Shown: piece after piece, positions 13,370-25,614 of the stretch | Layout: every line of letters begins with the position of its first letter | How positions within the stretch are numbered: position 1 is the stretch's first letter | From: Malacoraja senta | Lineage: Eukaryota | Length of the DNA stretch: 64,000 bases | Assembly: GCA_038087875.1 (NCBI GenBank) | Contig: CM075990.1 | Location: 13,642,001 to 13,706,000, forward strand | Direction: 5' to 3' | Notes under the pieces: model-generated | What the model saw: the letters and a program-made list of their open reading frames with translations, nothing else | Told to the model about the DNA's origin: nothing | Database searches by the model: none | Position numbers and translations under genes: made by a program

Positions 13370-14779
13370 GTAAGCGTTGCTTTGATGTTGTACTTACAGA
13401 GGACGTAGTTTAGACAGGTACTATAACAGCGTTTAAAAAATACATGGACAGGTGGATGGATTTTTAAAAAAAGGTCAGGAAAGAAATCGGCCAAACACAG
13501 CCAAATGGGACTTGCTTGGATGAGGCAGCATGGATGAGCTGGGCCAAAGGGCCTGTTTCTGTGCAGTCTGATTCTATGACTTTTAAAGATGCTTCCAAAC
13601 AAAGAAGTTTAATGAGAATCATTTATTTAAAGACAGCTTATGTGGGACATTTAATATGGTTTCTCAGTCTGCAAAGAACAAAAGAAAACTGTGTTTCCCT
13701 CAATTCCTGTCACACATCAGTAATATCTCAGTGCATTAAACAAGTTAGAGTGCAGCGATTGTTGCATCTTGGGCAAATGCAGGAGATATTGTTACGTGGA
13801 GTGTGATCTCATTAACAATGAGATGAATGATCTGTTAATCATTATACTGCTCATTGCTGGGGAAAATTTGATATGGTAATTCTGCTAAAATATTATAGCT
13901 GTGCTCCTAAGAAACATATTATGGTAAATCGTGTTAGAAAAACAATGATGTCAATTGGGAAGAGGGGGCCAATGGGCGAGAAAATTATATAACATTTTAT
14001 TCCTTGCAAGATTTTTGAAAATAAATGTTTTATTAACAGTTTAAATTAATTTTTTGTTACTCCAAGCTAAAATTCCTAAAGACTTCATGTCATATGGTTT
14101 ACTAGAGTATCATTGGAAAACTGTCAATAGAAGTGATTGCTTGTCAATTTCAATGGACACCTAAGGTGATACTGACAGACTGCGTTGCCTGGTTGCTGTG
14201 GGGAGGTTATATAGGTATGTTTTTATTCCCATAAACTGGTTTTGTTGCAAGACAGCTTTTTTTTCGGCATGTCAATTTCCAAAGTCACTTTTAAGTAGCT
14301 CTCTAGTTCCCGATTGAAATTATGTTAGAATCAATTTGGCCCACAAAATACAAATAGCATTTCTTAATTCATCAATCACATTAGATCCAATTTGCAGCAT
14401 GGAATTACGCATTATAGCAAATGTATCTTTGGGAAAACTCCTCGTGGGAAGGTGGAGAGTTGCATTAATTCAGTATCTGAAGGGTGATAATTAATCTCTC
14501 ATAAAAATGTATGTGAATGCCAATCTGCACAAAATGGTCTTTCCAGTTGAAGGTCAAAATTCACAACTCTGATCGAGTACAGAGAGAGTTACCACTGGCT
14601 GAAATTTCACTGAAGACTGAGTACCTTAGAGAGGATGGAAATGGAGTAAAATTGTTCATGGTGTGAAATATTGCTTGATTTTATTGCCAAATACAAACAA
14701 CAAAAGTTCCAACGGTCAATAAAGAAATCCATGCAGATCTCGAAATCTGACTGAATACTAAAAATACTATAAATACTCA

Positions 14780-14909
14780 GTCTGAAGAAGGGTCTCGTCC
14801 GAAAACGTCGCCTATTTCCTTCGCTCCATAGATGCTGCCTCACCCGCTGAGTTTCTCCAGCATTTTTGTCTACCTTCGATTTTCCAGCATCTGCAGTTCC
14901 TTCTTAAAC
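14780..14909 (+). mobile_element. hammerhead-family repeat, one full unit (subfamily B)
   Basis: Starts gtCTGAAGA, ends cagttccttcttaaac. TSD ataaat(a/g)ctca (14769-14779, 14910-14920). Confidence 0.8.
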
Positions 14910-16054
14910 ATAAATGCTCAACAGGTCAGGCAGCAAAGTGAGGAGAGAAATTGCACAAGTTTAAAATTACATGTTTTAAGTTCAGAAAAGGAGGATGGGC
15001 AACAGAAGGGAACGCCTGTGATAACATGAGGACCAAGGGAGACTAAATTTTGCTACGAATGAATGAATGAATGAATGTTTGAATGAATGAATGATGGTGC
15101 CAGACGTGAGAAGGTGGAGAATGCATATTAATCGAAGCTGATCTGAATAGAAGTGATACAAATGGTAGCAGATGAATGGAGATAATGGAAAGAGACAATG
15201 AATTTTTTTTATCATTTTTAACTCCAGAATGAAAAAGCTGGTAAACTTTTGATGAACGGCAACCCTTCTTCACGTTCACAGGAGGTATATACACGTGCAA
15301 TTATCACTGAACATTCAGTTTGAACTTTCTTTCAATGTTACTGTTTAGTAACTCATAATTGAATCTAGATTCTAGGTGATAATTAAATTGGTAGGCAGCA
15401 ACAACAATTATGACCAATTAGATAATTATTTTTGCATCTACAAATTTTGCATTAGTGTTATACATTCCATGTGAGGTACTTGAGAAAATAAGCTTTGCTG
15501 ATTTTCACTCAAGTTTGTGAATCAAATCATTTCAAACTCACAATGTTCGGCACGGACTTGAAGGGCCGAGATGGCCTGTTTCCGTGCTGTTATGGTTATA
15601 TGGTTACAATACATGGAAAGCAATGTAGATTTGTAGTACAAAGAACCAAGCTAGTATCAGTAACAAAATTTAATTTAAAGTTTTAAATTTCCACACAATG
15701 TAAATATGGTTCAACAGACAGATTTAATCTAACCAAAATGATTTTGCAATCTTCTTTTTCTGATCATTTGCGACTGAGAGTACTGTCCTCAGGAACATTG
15801 TTATTTTACCTGTTGTGAATTAAAATATGGCTGCAACCTCAGTACCACGCAGACAGAAATCAGAATCGACAATAACAAAATTAATTCATGAAAGAAGTTT
15901 AAAGCAAATCTAACAATAAACATTGCGGAGAGCGGTGGACCCAGCCTGGTTCATCACAGGTACAAACCTCCCCACTATTGAAAGCATCTGCATGATGGAG
16001 TATAGATGTGAATCTATTTGTTTTACTTTATATTTTGTCTCAGTATTAAGTATT

Positions 16055-16340
16055 GATGAGGAGGGGAGAGGATTGAGGAGGAAAGTGAAGGGAAGAGGAT
16101 TGAGGAGAAGAGGAAAGAGAGGAGAGATTGAGGGGAGAAGGGAAAGGAATCGATATGGAGGGGAGGAGGAATGGATTGATAGTAAGAGGAGGGGGAGAAG
16201 AGAAGGGGAGAGGATTTATGGGGAAGGGGAGATGATTGAAGGGGTGGGGGGAAGGATAAATTATTATGGAGGTAGGGGAGAGGATTGATGTGGGAAGGGA
16301 GAAGATTGAAGGGGAAGGGGAAATGGAAGAGGTTTCTGGG
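16055..16340 (+). repeat. polypurine (G/A-rich) low-complexity tract
   Basis: About 280 bp almost devoid of C on the + strand. Confidence 0.8.
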
Positions 16341-16341
16341 T

Positions 16342-16509
16342 TTAAGAAGGAACTGCAGATGCTGGAAAATCGAAGGTAGACAAAAGTGCTGGAGAATCTC
16401 AGCGGGTGCAGCAGCACCTATGGAGCGAAGGAAAAAGGCAAATAACCTATTTCCTTCGCTCCATAGATGCTGCTGCACCCGCTGAGTTTCTCCAGCACTT
16501 TTGTCTACC
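16342..16509. mobile_element. fold-back (palindromic) hammerhead-family insertion, ribozyme core deleted at the loop
   Basis: About 60-bp inverted arms, perfect 14-bp TSD agaggtttctgggt (16328-16341, 16510-16523). Confidence 0.85.
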
Positions 16510-17282
16510 AGAGGTTTCTGGGTGATGGGTTGAAGGGAGGGAGAGGGAGAATGTGGATGGGAGCAAAGTAGGTGGAAAATAATGTCAACTAACACAAAGG
16601 ACACAAATCGAATGTTATCACCAGGAACATCCGTACGTTTCCCTTTGAAAGACTGAAATGAGAAAATAATGATACCAATTGATCAGAACTTAAAGTGACT
16701 TGGAAATAAAGGTGTCTCTTTGCCAATAATTTACGTACTTCAGCTCATTAAAATAATCACTGCTGATTTTTGTTGTTTATTCATTTTCATCCTTGATTGA
16801 AATGATTTTGCATACATTATCATCTATTGGAAACCGCAATATGTTATATTGTTCATTGATTATCTGCCTCTCGACAAACCTGAGCTGCAGCATGGGGCAA
16901 CAATGTATTTCCTTTCAATGTCAGTTTTCATTAGTGGCCGGGTTGTGATGTGAGAAGCAGACAGCGACAGTTAATGTACTTAAATGCCGGGCTGATCTCA
17001 TATTTCCAGTGAACCGAATGAGAGCTTCTTTCTTCTCTTGACCCGCATCCACGGAAATATTGTTATCACTGTGAATATTCTATCAGGAGCGATTGATTGT
17101 TGCCTTGCTGCCTCTGACGGATTTTTGTTACTGCGCCCTTATTCCTCCAAACATCCCAAATTCAACTTCACCTTTAGTAGCGGCTGTGCCTTTAGCTGTC
17201 AAGGTCCTGCGATCTGGAGGGCCCTTGCTCAACCTCTCACCCTCCCCTCTCTCTCCTCCTCTAAAACACTCTTTAATATTTG

Positions 17283-17413
17283 TTGAATGAAGGAACTGCA
17301 GATGCTGGTTTAAACTGAAGATGGACACAAAATGCTGGAGTAACTCAGTGGGACAGGCAGCATCTCTGGAGAGAAGGAATGGGTGACATTTCGGGACGAG
17401 ACCCTTCTTCAGA
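17283..17413 (-). mobile_element. hammerhead-family repeat, one unit (subfamily A)
   Basis: Matches the family consensus. Minus-strand core CTGAAGAAGGGTCTCGTCCCGAAATGTC. Confidence 0.8.
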
Positions 17414-17759
17414 TGTTAATACGTATTTCTCTGACCACACTTTTGGTCATCTGCCATCATATCGCCATTTGTGGCTCAGTGTGAAAGTGATAACTTTCTA
17501 GTGAATTACCTGTGGTCATTAGATTGTGCTTACAGTCTGGGGCACACTCCAGTGCAGCACCGAGGAAGTTCTCTTTTTCTGAAGGAGGTTCAGCGGATCC
17601 TAGAGTTCTATCTGGGTTTAAGTCAGTTTCCATATTATTTAGATTTCATGTTGAAGTGATGGTTTGTTACGTTAAATTCAACTTAGCACGTAACAAAAGC
17701 TTTTCACTGTACCTCAGTACACATGACAATAAACTAAACTGAAACTAAACTACAACTAA

Positions 17760-18256
17760 AGGGCCTGTCCCACGAGCGTGCGACTGCATGCGGCAAGCGT
17801 GACCTAACATGGTCGCTTGAGCCATATGGCCTCACGGGGCCGGTCCCATTTTTGATCGCCGGAGCCGTATGGAGTTGTGCGGAGCTGGTCCCGACATCGC
17901 GCGTGGCTCCGAAAACCTGACACTGTTCAAAAAGTCCGCGCGGCAACGGCCTGCCGGCCCGCAGCCACCTCGATGCCGTACGCACCGCCTCGACGGGCGT
18001 GCGCAGCGTCTTGAGGCCATACGCAGCGTCTTGACGCCGTACGTCACGCGCAAACTTCCCGCGGACTTCGCTCAAACTTCACGTCACTCACTCGACCTCC
18101 GCGCGGCCCCCGCTTCCGGTTTGGTCGCGCTCGCCGCATGCAGTTGCATGCTCGTGGGACAGGCCCTGTACGGGGATCACTCGACCTCCGCGTGGCCCCC
18201 GCTTCCGGTTTGGTCGCGCTCGCCGCATGCAGTTGCATGCTCGTGGGACAGGCCCT
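17760..18256. mobile_element. PIF/Harbinger-type MITE with duplicated right end
   Basis: TAA TSD (17757-17759, 18257-18259), TIR AGGGCCTGTCCCACGAGC, CpG-rich, 80-bp terminal duplication. Confidence 0.88.
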
Positions 18257-19066
18257 TAAGGGTCTGACCGATGTGTCTAAAGCTGACTCAGCAACCAGTT
18301 ACAGTATGGTAGCTGCTCATATGTTGTGGTGTTGGATCTTCTTTATTTGTTTTGTGAACAATCAATTGAATCAGAAGAGGTGTAGATGTCATCAACATAC
18401 CTGTTATTTTTAATTGCAGTCACTAGCATGGATCAAAGCTACGGCATCTTTATCATTCATTTTGGACATCTGTAAAATAATGATTTAATGATTGTTTATT
18501 TGCATGTGGAAGAGTCTGTGGTTCCCACATAGACTTCAGGAGCCATCTCAGAACATGCAGATTTGTCCTTGATCTTGAGTGAATGCTGAAGTAAAAAGTA
18601 AAATACCTTTTGCAAACTGTAAAGTTTACTGTTGTTTCCTATCAGGGAAAGAACCACTGTTTAAATGGAAAGTTTTTGTTTATACTTTCTATTTATATGA
18701 ACTATGATCTAACAAGATATGATCCTTCGACGATGTCGAGAGTCATGAGTGTGCCTGTGGTAATTTGGTAGTATTCCCGTGTTAGCAGTGTGATATGGTA
18801 GATATGGAGTGGAAATAACCAATTGTGGAGAATCCAAGACAGTCACTAATAAATCTGCCAGTATATTCAGCAAGAATATCGATCTGTGTTTCACTAGGGT
18901 TAACGAGACGTTATTCAAATAACAAGGCATCTCCTGTCCTTCATTCCACACTGAAGCAACATAATCAAAAACAGTTTAGCAGAGCAATCATCTCATTGCA
19001 CAACATGTCTAACATATGGGAGGTTTCTTGTGTGATTCATAGAATTCAATAAGCTGCCTATAAAGT

Positions 19067-19094
19067 CTGAAGAAGGGTCTCGACCCGAAACGTC
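19067..19094 (+). ncRNA. minimal hammerhead ribozyme motif, intact core, inside a retroposed insert at 19067-19149
   Basis: CTGAAGA-A-GGGTC-TC-GACCC-GAAA-CG-TC. Insert flanked by the 12-bp TSD tgcctataaagt (19055-19066, 19150-19161). Confidence 0.75.
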
Positions 19095-19368
19095 ACCCAT
19101 TCCTTCTCTCCAGAGATCCTGCCTGACTCCAGCTTTTTGTGTCTATCTTTGCCTATAAAGTTGATGTCTTACATAAAGTTGTGATTTCATAATTTGGGTT
19201 TTCCAGTGGGGAATCATGCATATGACCAGTGATTTGTGTTTTATTCATTAATTTTATGATGCTCACCATGAACGCTATCCTCGTCAGGAATCTATGGGTC
19301 CTGTTGAATTGGTGCTTAATTTGGAATTCTGCTTTTATTGCTGATGTGTTATTCTGATGTCTTTGTAG

Positions 19369-19481
19369 GTCCCTATCCTATGTCACCACAACAGGCTGCT
19401 TCTCTTTCATCCTGCTGGGTCTGATGTACTACATCATAGACATGAGGGAGTGGTGGGGTGGGGAGCCATTCATCTTCCCAG
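19369..19481 (+). CDS. HGSNAT: HGSNAT-family coding exon, (W)SLSYVTTTGCFSFILLGLMYYIIDMREWWGGEPFIFP(G)
   Basis: tttgtag acceptor, GTAAGC donor at 19482. 113 bp, phase 2/1, in frame with both neighbours. WSLSYVT and PF.FPG motifs. Confidence 0.96.
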
Positions 19482-20631
19482 GTAAGCAGTCAGAGTGGTC
19501 TCTACATGCTGTACACTAACCCTAATGTGCACTTTTCAAGTCGTCAGCACATCAAACATTGTGATGAAGCGAGTGATGTAAATGGGCCAGGATGAGTTCC
19601 GTTTGGGAGGGGCCAGAGGGAGATGGATTAAGTTCAATATGAATAAATTATTTGTGATGGTCTTATTGATGATTGATGGGAGCAGTGAGAACAAGGTTGA
19701 GAATAAAGCTATGGATTTGGGTTGAGAGATTCTACAGAGAAAGGGAGAGAGTAGAGAGTGAGAGAGTAGGGGAGGGCAGGAAAGTAATAACCTCAGGAGA
19801 AAGAGATTGATGAATTGGGATGAAAATTAAAATCACTGCGGAAGTCACTAGTTTTAGAAGCTGAAGCAGGAAAGCAGAGAAGAACTGGTTTAAAAAACCC
19901 ACGTGAATGATCAGATAAAGCTTAAGTTACAAAGACCCGGTTATGTAGCATTTATAATGGCACTTAATATGCATAATAGAAGGATGAAAATAAGCAAGGA
20001 AGAATAATTTAGCAAGTGTTTAGGTGCTGAAGACTCGAGCTTTGGTGTATAAACCAGAGCTCATGATTTGAAAGATTTCTACTGTGCAGAATCTACTAGA
20101 TATACATGAGACAACAGGACGTTTCACTAACTCCTTCTCAGTTCATCTTCCACATTTTATCTGCACTGACCCCATTATGAAGATTGATAAATTGCAATGA
20201 AACCTCACATGACTGTGCCACGCAAACCGGGGAGTTCAACAGCAAAGGAAATCAGTAAAGCAATGAAATAAAAGCAAATACCCTGCAGAGGTTTGTAGCT
20301 TCCCCCGCAAGCTGCATTTCACAAGTCTAACACAGGTGTCATGGAGGATCAAGCTCATTATTGGTTATGCTTGGTGTAAATGAGGACAGATGGAACGCAG
20401 AGGGTTTAATGAGGGAGAAGAATATCCTGTGGCAGCTATTTTCCAGTCTGTCCAATGTCATTAGGAAATGCATCATTTGAAGTGAACCAGTCCAATGCCT
20501 CTTTATAGTCAAGCCTGTGTGGCTATTAAGGAAGTGATATCATCAAGATTAATATAAATGTACCATTTTCTGCACTTAGTCTTCATGTACGCGAGGCAGA
20601 GTTCTTGGAACCAGTTTACAGAAATTTCATA

Positions 20632-20733
20632 GGTAGACAAAAATGCTGGAGAAACTCAGCGGGTGAGGCAGCATCTATGAAGCGAAGGAAATAGGCGACG
20701 TTTAGGGTCTAGCTTCTTAGATCGGACTATAGA
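20632..20733 (-). mobile_element. hammerhead-family repeat fragment (subfamily B)
   Basis: Matches the consensus. Imperfect TSD tacagaaa(t/c)ttcata. Confidence 0.75.
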
Positions 20734-20819
20734 TACAGAAACTTCATAATCTCTTTCAAAGCCTATTAAAACGTTTTTATTGCCTAAACATTTAATTTTT
20801 TTTCCTGCGTTATGCAATT

Positions 20820-21062
20820 GAGAATTGACTTTACCTGTAAAGGAATATTGTGGGCAGTTCTGGTGGCCCCAGTACAGGAAGGATATGGAGGCTTTGTAAA
20901 GCGTGCAAAGAGGATTTCACCAGAACGATGCCTGGATTATGGGTATTAGTTACAGGGAGAAGCAGGACAGATTTGGATTGTTTTCTCTGGAATTCCGGAA
21001 GTTGAAGGGAGACCTGATAGAGGCATAGATAGGGTAAACAGTCAGAATATTTTTCCCAGGAT
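20820..21062 (+). mobile_element. degenerate CR1-like LINE RT fragment
   Basis: tgggcagttctggtggcccc...ttcaccagaacgatgcctgg...ggagacctgatagag resembles the 45938 copy. Confidence 0.65.
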
Positions 21063-21630
21063 GTCTGGGAGGAATTTTAAGCAAGAGGAACATGAGGAGG
21101 GGATGAATGAAGGTATGGCCAACAGAAAATTAGGAAATAAAGATTGGGCCATAGCCGTTTCAGAAGGAACCCTTGAAGGTTGGAATATAGTTAACGAAAT
21201 ATGTAGTGTTAGAGAGTGTGAATAGGAGAGAAATTGGTGAAGAGAAGAGATTGAGCCCAGGAACCACATGATGGGAAAATTGTGAAAATTGTGGGAAAAG
21301 CTGATTCATTTGCAGCCTGCCCTCTTCCAACTATTTGACAATACATAGCCCTATCATGCAGTACAGAGTCTCAGTCTGTAGTTGTGAAGAATCAGCCCAA
21401 CCTGACTCCAGTGCCAGATCTTACCTTGCATAGAATAATGATTGTAGTGCAGAAAGAGGCCATTGGCCCATCATGTCAAACTGGCTCTCTCCACTCTCAG
21501 ACAACTCGCTCATTCTAAGGCACAGGTCAAGTGGCTGGGCAGTCGTGTGTAAGTTATAGGACAATAGAGTGAGCATCTGGTAGGCAATGAAGACTAATCA
21601 TAATCCGACATGTTCTGTGTTGATTGACAG

Positions 21631-21812
21631 GAATGAATTCAATCTTCGTTTATGTTGGACATTCCATACTGGGTGGATACTTCCCGTTCAGCTGGGAAAT
21701 GAAGTACTGGAACACTCATGCTGAGCGCCTCCTCCAGGACCTAGTGGGCACTGCAGTTTGGGTTTTCATTGCATACCTACTGTTTAGAAAGCGATTCTTC
21801 TTAAAAATCTAA
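21631..21812 (+). CDS. HGSNAT: HGSNAT-family terminal coding exon, (G)MNSIFVYVGHSILGGYFPFSWEMKYWNTHAERLLQDLVGTAVWVFIAYLLFRKRFFLKI*
   Basis: gacag acceptor at 21626-21630, TAA stop ends at 21812. GMNSI.VYVGH motif and basic C-terminus ending KI, typical of HGSNAT. May be an HGSNAT-like paralog rather than the ortholog. Confidence 0.96.
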
Positions 21813-21821
21813 CTGGCCAGA

Positions 21822-21827
21822 AATAAA
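21822..21827 (+). promoter_or_regulatory. candidate AATAAA polyadenylation signal just after the stop codon
   Basis: AATAAA about 10 nt after TAA. Usage unknown; the 3' UTR may be longer. Confidence 0.25.
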
Positions 21828-22725
21828 TGGATCCAAGTAATGCGGTTTGAATGTCATTAAAAATGCATAATCTTATTCATTTCCGTCTCATTTTATTTTT
21901 ACTTTTGAGCCCAAATTTAACCCGATCCTCGCCATTAAGTGACTGTAAATCATTTTTGTTTTTTATTCCTTTAGTTAGGTTGTGAATCTTTCTCTAAATA
22001 CACTCTTCTTATATAAAACTATAAATCTTTAGCTGTGATGAAGATTAAGAAATGTTTCTTTGGGCACCGCAAGCTATGAATAATCAACAATTAGAATATC
22101 AACCTAAAGCATTCCCAACATTCTCTGAAGAGCAGTGATGACTGCTGCATAGTTAGGCTGTGTATTGTCTGTAAAATTACCTGAACATTATCGCAACAAG
22201 CAGTAATGATTCACGCTCAACTTGACACACCGTATTAAATTGGTTGAGAATTACACTCTAGTTTCCTTGTATACAATTATCAATGTAGAAAAGAATGCTG
22301 GCTGTTTTGTGTTGATTGGAGTCAACTAGGAGTGATTTGAGACTGTCTAAACTCTCTGTTCAGACCTTTCCAGTAGCTATTATATCTCTTCAGCACAGGT
22401 AGATTATTTTACCAATGTACCTTTGTTTTGTTTTTTTCTTTGCATTTTACCTGTTATTTTTCTCGTAGGCCTCCATTTACAGTTTACTTTTACCCTTTCG
22501 TTTACAGAGCTACATTATTAAAACCTCTTTCATAACTCATTTCAGAACCTCTGAAGTATTTTCTCCCAATGCTACAATTAACCTTCTCAACAAATATCGT
22601 AAGCTCAAGAATTTCACATCATTTTTCTGGGTATTCAGCACCCATCTAGCAAGTGGCCATGACAGCCATGATTTGATCCAGAGTCCACCGATGAAAATAG
22701 TTTGCTACCAATGTTAGCAAGTTAT

Positions 22726-23281
22726 TCCAAAACTAATAATATTAGGAATGTCAGAGGGCTGCCCTAATCTAACGATATTTCAAAGACGCTTCCTTGACTA
22801 CGGTTTAATAACTGCGAAAAAACGTATACTTAAAATCTGGAAAAAGATAACAGTCCCCACAGTGAAGATGTGGATCACAGAAATGATCGAGACACTACAT
22901 CTAAAAAAAATAAGGCTTGTCTTGACTGACAAACCAGATCAATTTTCAAAAATATGGTCTCCTTTTATTGAATTACTTCAATAACATAATGGTTGAACAC
23001 AAACTCAAAACCGATGGTAGGACTAGGTGAGCAGGCGTACGGAAGGGTAGTTGGATATATCTCCACTTCTTTTACACCTTTGCTAGTTCCGGGTTTTTTT
23101 TCTTCTTTTCTTTACTTTTTTTCTTTTTCTTTTCTTCTTTCTTTCCCTTTTTTTCCTTTTTCTTTTTTCTACCTAGTTATTAGTTTATAAAATGTTAAAA
23201 CTGAAGCTGTACGAAAATTGTATAACTTATGTCAATCATTTTTTTTGTACAATTGCTTCTAACAAAAATAAAAAAAATAAA
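22726..23281 (+). mobile_element. 5'-truncated L1-clade LINE, related subfamily
   Basis: ORF 22748-22984 homologous to the end of ORF 3637-4296 (DYGLIT.KK.ILK.WKK), A-rich tail, 17-bp TSD caatgtta(g/c)caagttat (22709-22725, 23282-23298). Confidence 0.9.
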
Positions 23282-25284
23282 CAATGTTACCAAGTTATAT
23301 ACTGCAACATGCTAAAGATATTTGAAGTCTCTTCTGCATGTCGAGATCATCAATAGCCTAAACAGTCTAGGGTCTACTGTTCTCAGTGCTAAGAATGGAG
23401 GAGGGCTCATTAAGGACTAAGAGGCAGTCAACACCCACTGTAAGGAGCACATTGAAGAACTCCTCAATCAAATGTCCATCCTTGACTCATGTCTCAAAGT
23501 GTTCCATCTCCACCACCCCAAACTGATAAGAAATTGAAAATCTTTGTGTATGAAAAACCATTTGACAATGGTGATGTAATTAATCGTCTAGGATATTGGT
23601 TGCACTCTGTTATAGAAGGGTCTCGACCCGTAACATCACCCATTCTTTCTCTCCAGAGATGCTGCCCGTCCCGCTGAGTTACTCCAGCATTTTGTGTCTA
23701 TCTTCTCTGACATAGGAGATGTCTGTTACCTGATCCTTGTGCAGCACAGACATGAGATGTTGTTTGTCATCCCCAGACTGAATGTTGTCCACATATCACT
23801 ATCGGCAGCACGGACTGCTTTAAAAAAAATATTTGCAGCATTAAGCAGGAAGGAGTTGCTCCAAAACAAAACTCAATTCTTCAAACCAGTTAATTATTTG
23901 GTCAGTACTTTGAGCTGTAATGGGGTACATTACCAAAGTGTGTCTACTTTTGTTTTATTTTTAGATATTCTGCAAGCTTCAGTTTATGTTTTATAAATGA
24001 TACCTGTTACAAAATGTACTAACTAATCAAAAGCTAATTAAAGATAATGTTAGGTTTGAAATACCAGTTAATAGGAATTAGTTCTCATCTAAAAAAGATG
24101 CCTCGTGCTGTAAAGCAAAAGGATCCTGTCAAGAATGGCAGTCATCGAATTTTGAGTTGATATAAGATTCACCGTAAACCATAATGATACAATTGATACT
24201 GAATGGTAAAACATATCAGCATTTTTCATGGTTGTTATCTGTGAGCTGGTATACTATATTGATGCAACATTTTATTAATGTTATGCAAGGAAAAATGCCA
24301 AGTTAAGGTTTCAAATCAAGCAGTCTGACAATTCACCTCTGCTCTCATCTCAAGTTATCTTTGGAATAACTCCAGTTTTGAGTTATCGGTCTACGTATTT
24401 AAATCGAGAATGGTCAAGTGAATTTCCTTCTGAATGCTATTCTTTAGAAGATGTACAACCTTGTAGTTCGTCCAGAGGTTGAAGTGACAGCTCAGTAACC
24501 CAATTACAAAGTCTATGTTTCCCCACTGATCTTTCTCTCTCTCATTCATAGCCCGAGTGATAAAAGTGTCTCTCAATTGCCAGTGCCATTCTTGGAATTG
24601 TTCGTGATTCTGCAATAATTTTCCCATCTACCAGGCATTCCAATGTGGTTAGTGCATAGAAGGGAGATTCAGGAGAAAGTGAGATTGATTATCTCATTCA
24701 CTCCAATACAATGGAAATAAGACCATTTCCCAGTGGCCGAGCCTAGAATTAGCACAGAACTAGACTGCTGACATACCATGCATAGCAAAATGTAATGACT
24801 GAAGACAAGTGCTTAAAAATAAAATGACTGTGAAAGAAAAACTTGCAAGTGATAATAAAATTAAGGCACAAGGTATTTTAGTTATGTTTAGAAGAAGATG
24901 CATGTTTAGAACAATGTTCAATATGGATATGCAGAGAATGGTAGGATATGGATCAGGCAGGGAGGGTTCATGGACATTATGGGCCGACGGACCTGTTCCT
25001 GTGCTGTTCTATAGTTTGAAAGCTATTAGTGGTAATAAACAATAAGAGTAAAGAAGTTATATTGAACATTTACTTTGCTAATTATTGGACAACCCAAGAA
25101 ACTGAACACTCAGTAAGAGATTTATGAATCGCTAAAACAGGTGGAAGTTAAATTACAGTGATGAAGGAAAAAATGACACTGAGGATCAATAAATCCTCAG
25201 GCTCAGCTGGTGTCCATCCAGGTTATTAATGAAATTACATGAGAACATTGCAGGTGCCCTATATAGAACTTTCCAAATTTCTTA

Positions 25285-25614
25285 AGGCCCTGTCCCACGT
25301 TCCCGAGTTACTCACGAACTCTCCCAAGTTTTCCCCTTGATTCAAACTCGGAGAATTACGGTAATAGCCGTTCGTAGGTACTCGGGGCTATTTTTTAAAA
25401 CTCATGGACATTTTTCGACATGTTGAAAAAACGTCCCGACTTACCTGATGCCCCGAGTTGCTATGGCTGGCATTACGAGCCGCTACGAAACATCTGCAGA
25501 CTCCATCGGGCTCCTACGAGCTCGCTACCGACATTACCCGACATTCCCCGTGTTCGAATCAAGGGGAAAACTCGGGAGAGTTCGTGAGTAAATCGGGAAA
25601 GTGGGACAGGGCCT
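25285..25614. mobile_element. PIF/Harbinger-type MITE
   Basis: About 70-bp imperfect TIRs starting AGGCCCTGTCCCAC, TTA/TAA flanks, internal tttttcgacatgttgaaaaa. Confidence 0.85.

Noticed and set aside
15923..16604. ORFs of 121-193 aa
   Set aside because: Products of the polypurine tract and the palindromic repeat.
17734..18413. GC-rich ORFs and apparent CpG island
   Set aside because: Essentially explained by the Harbinger MITE.
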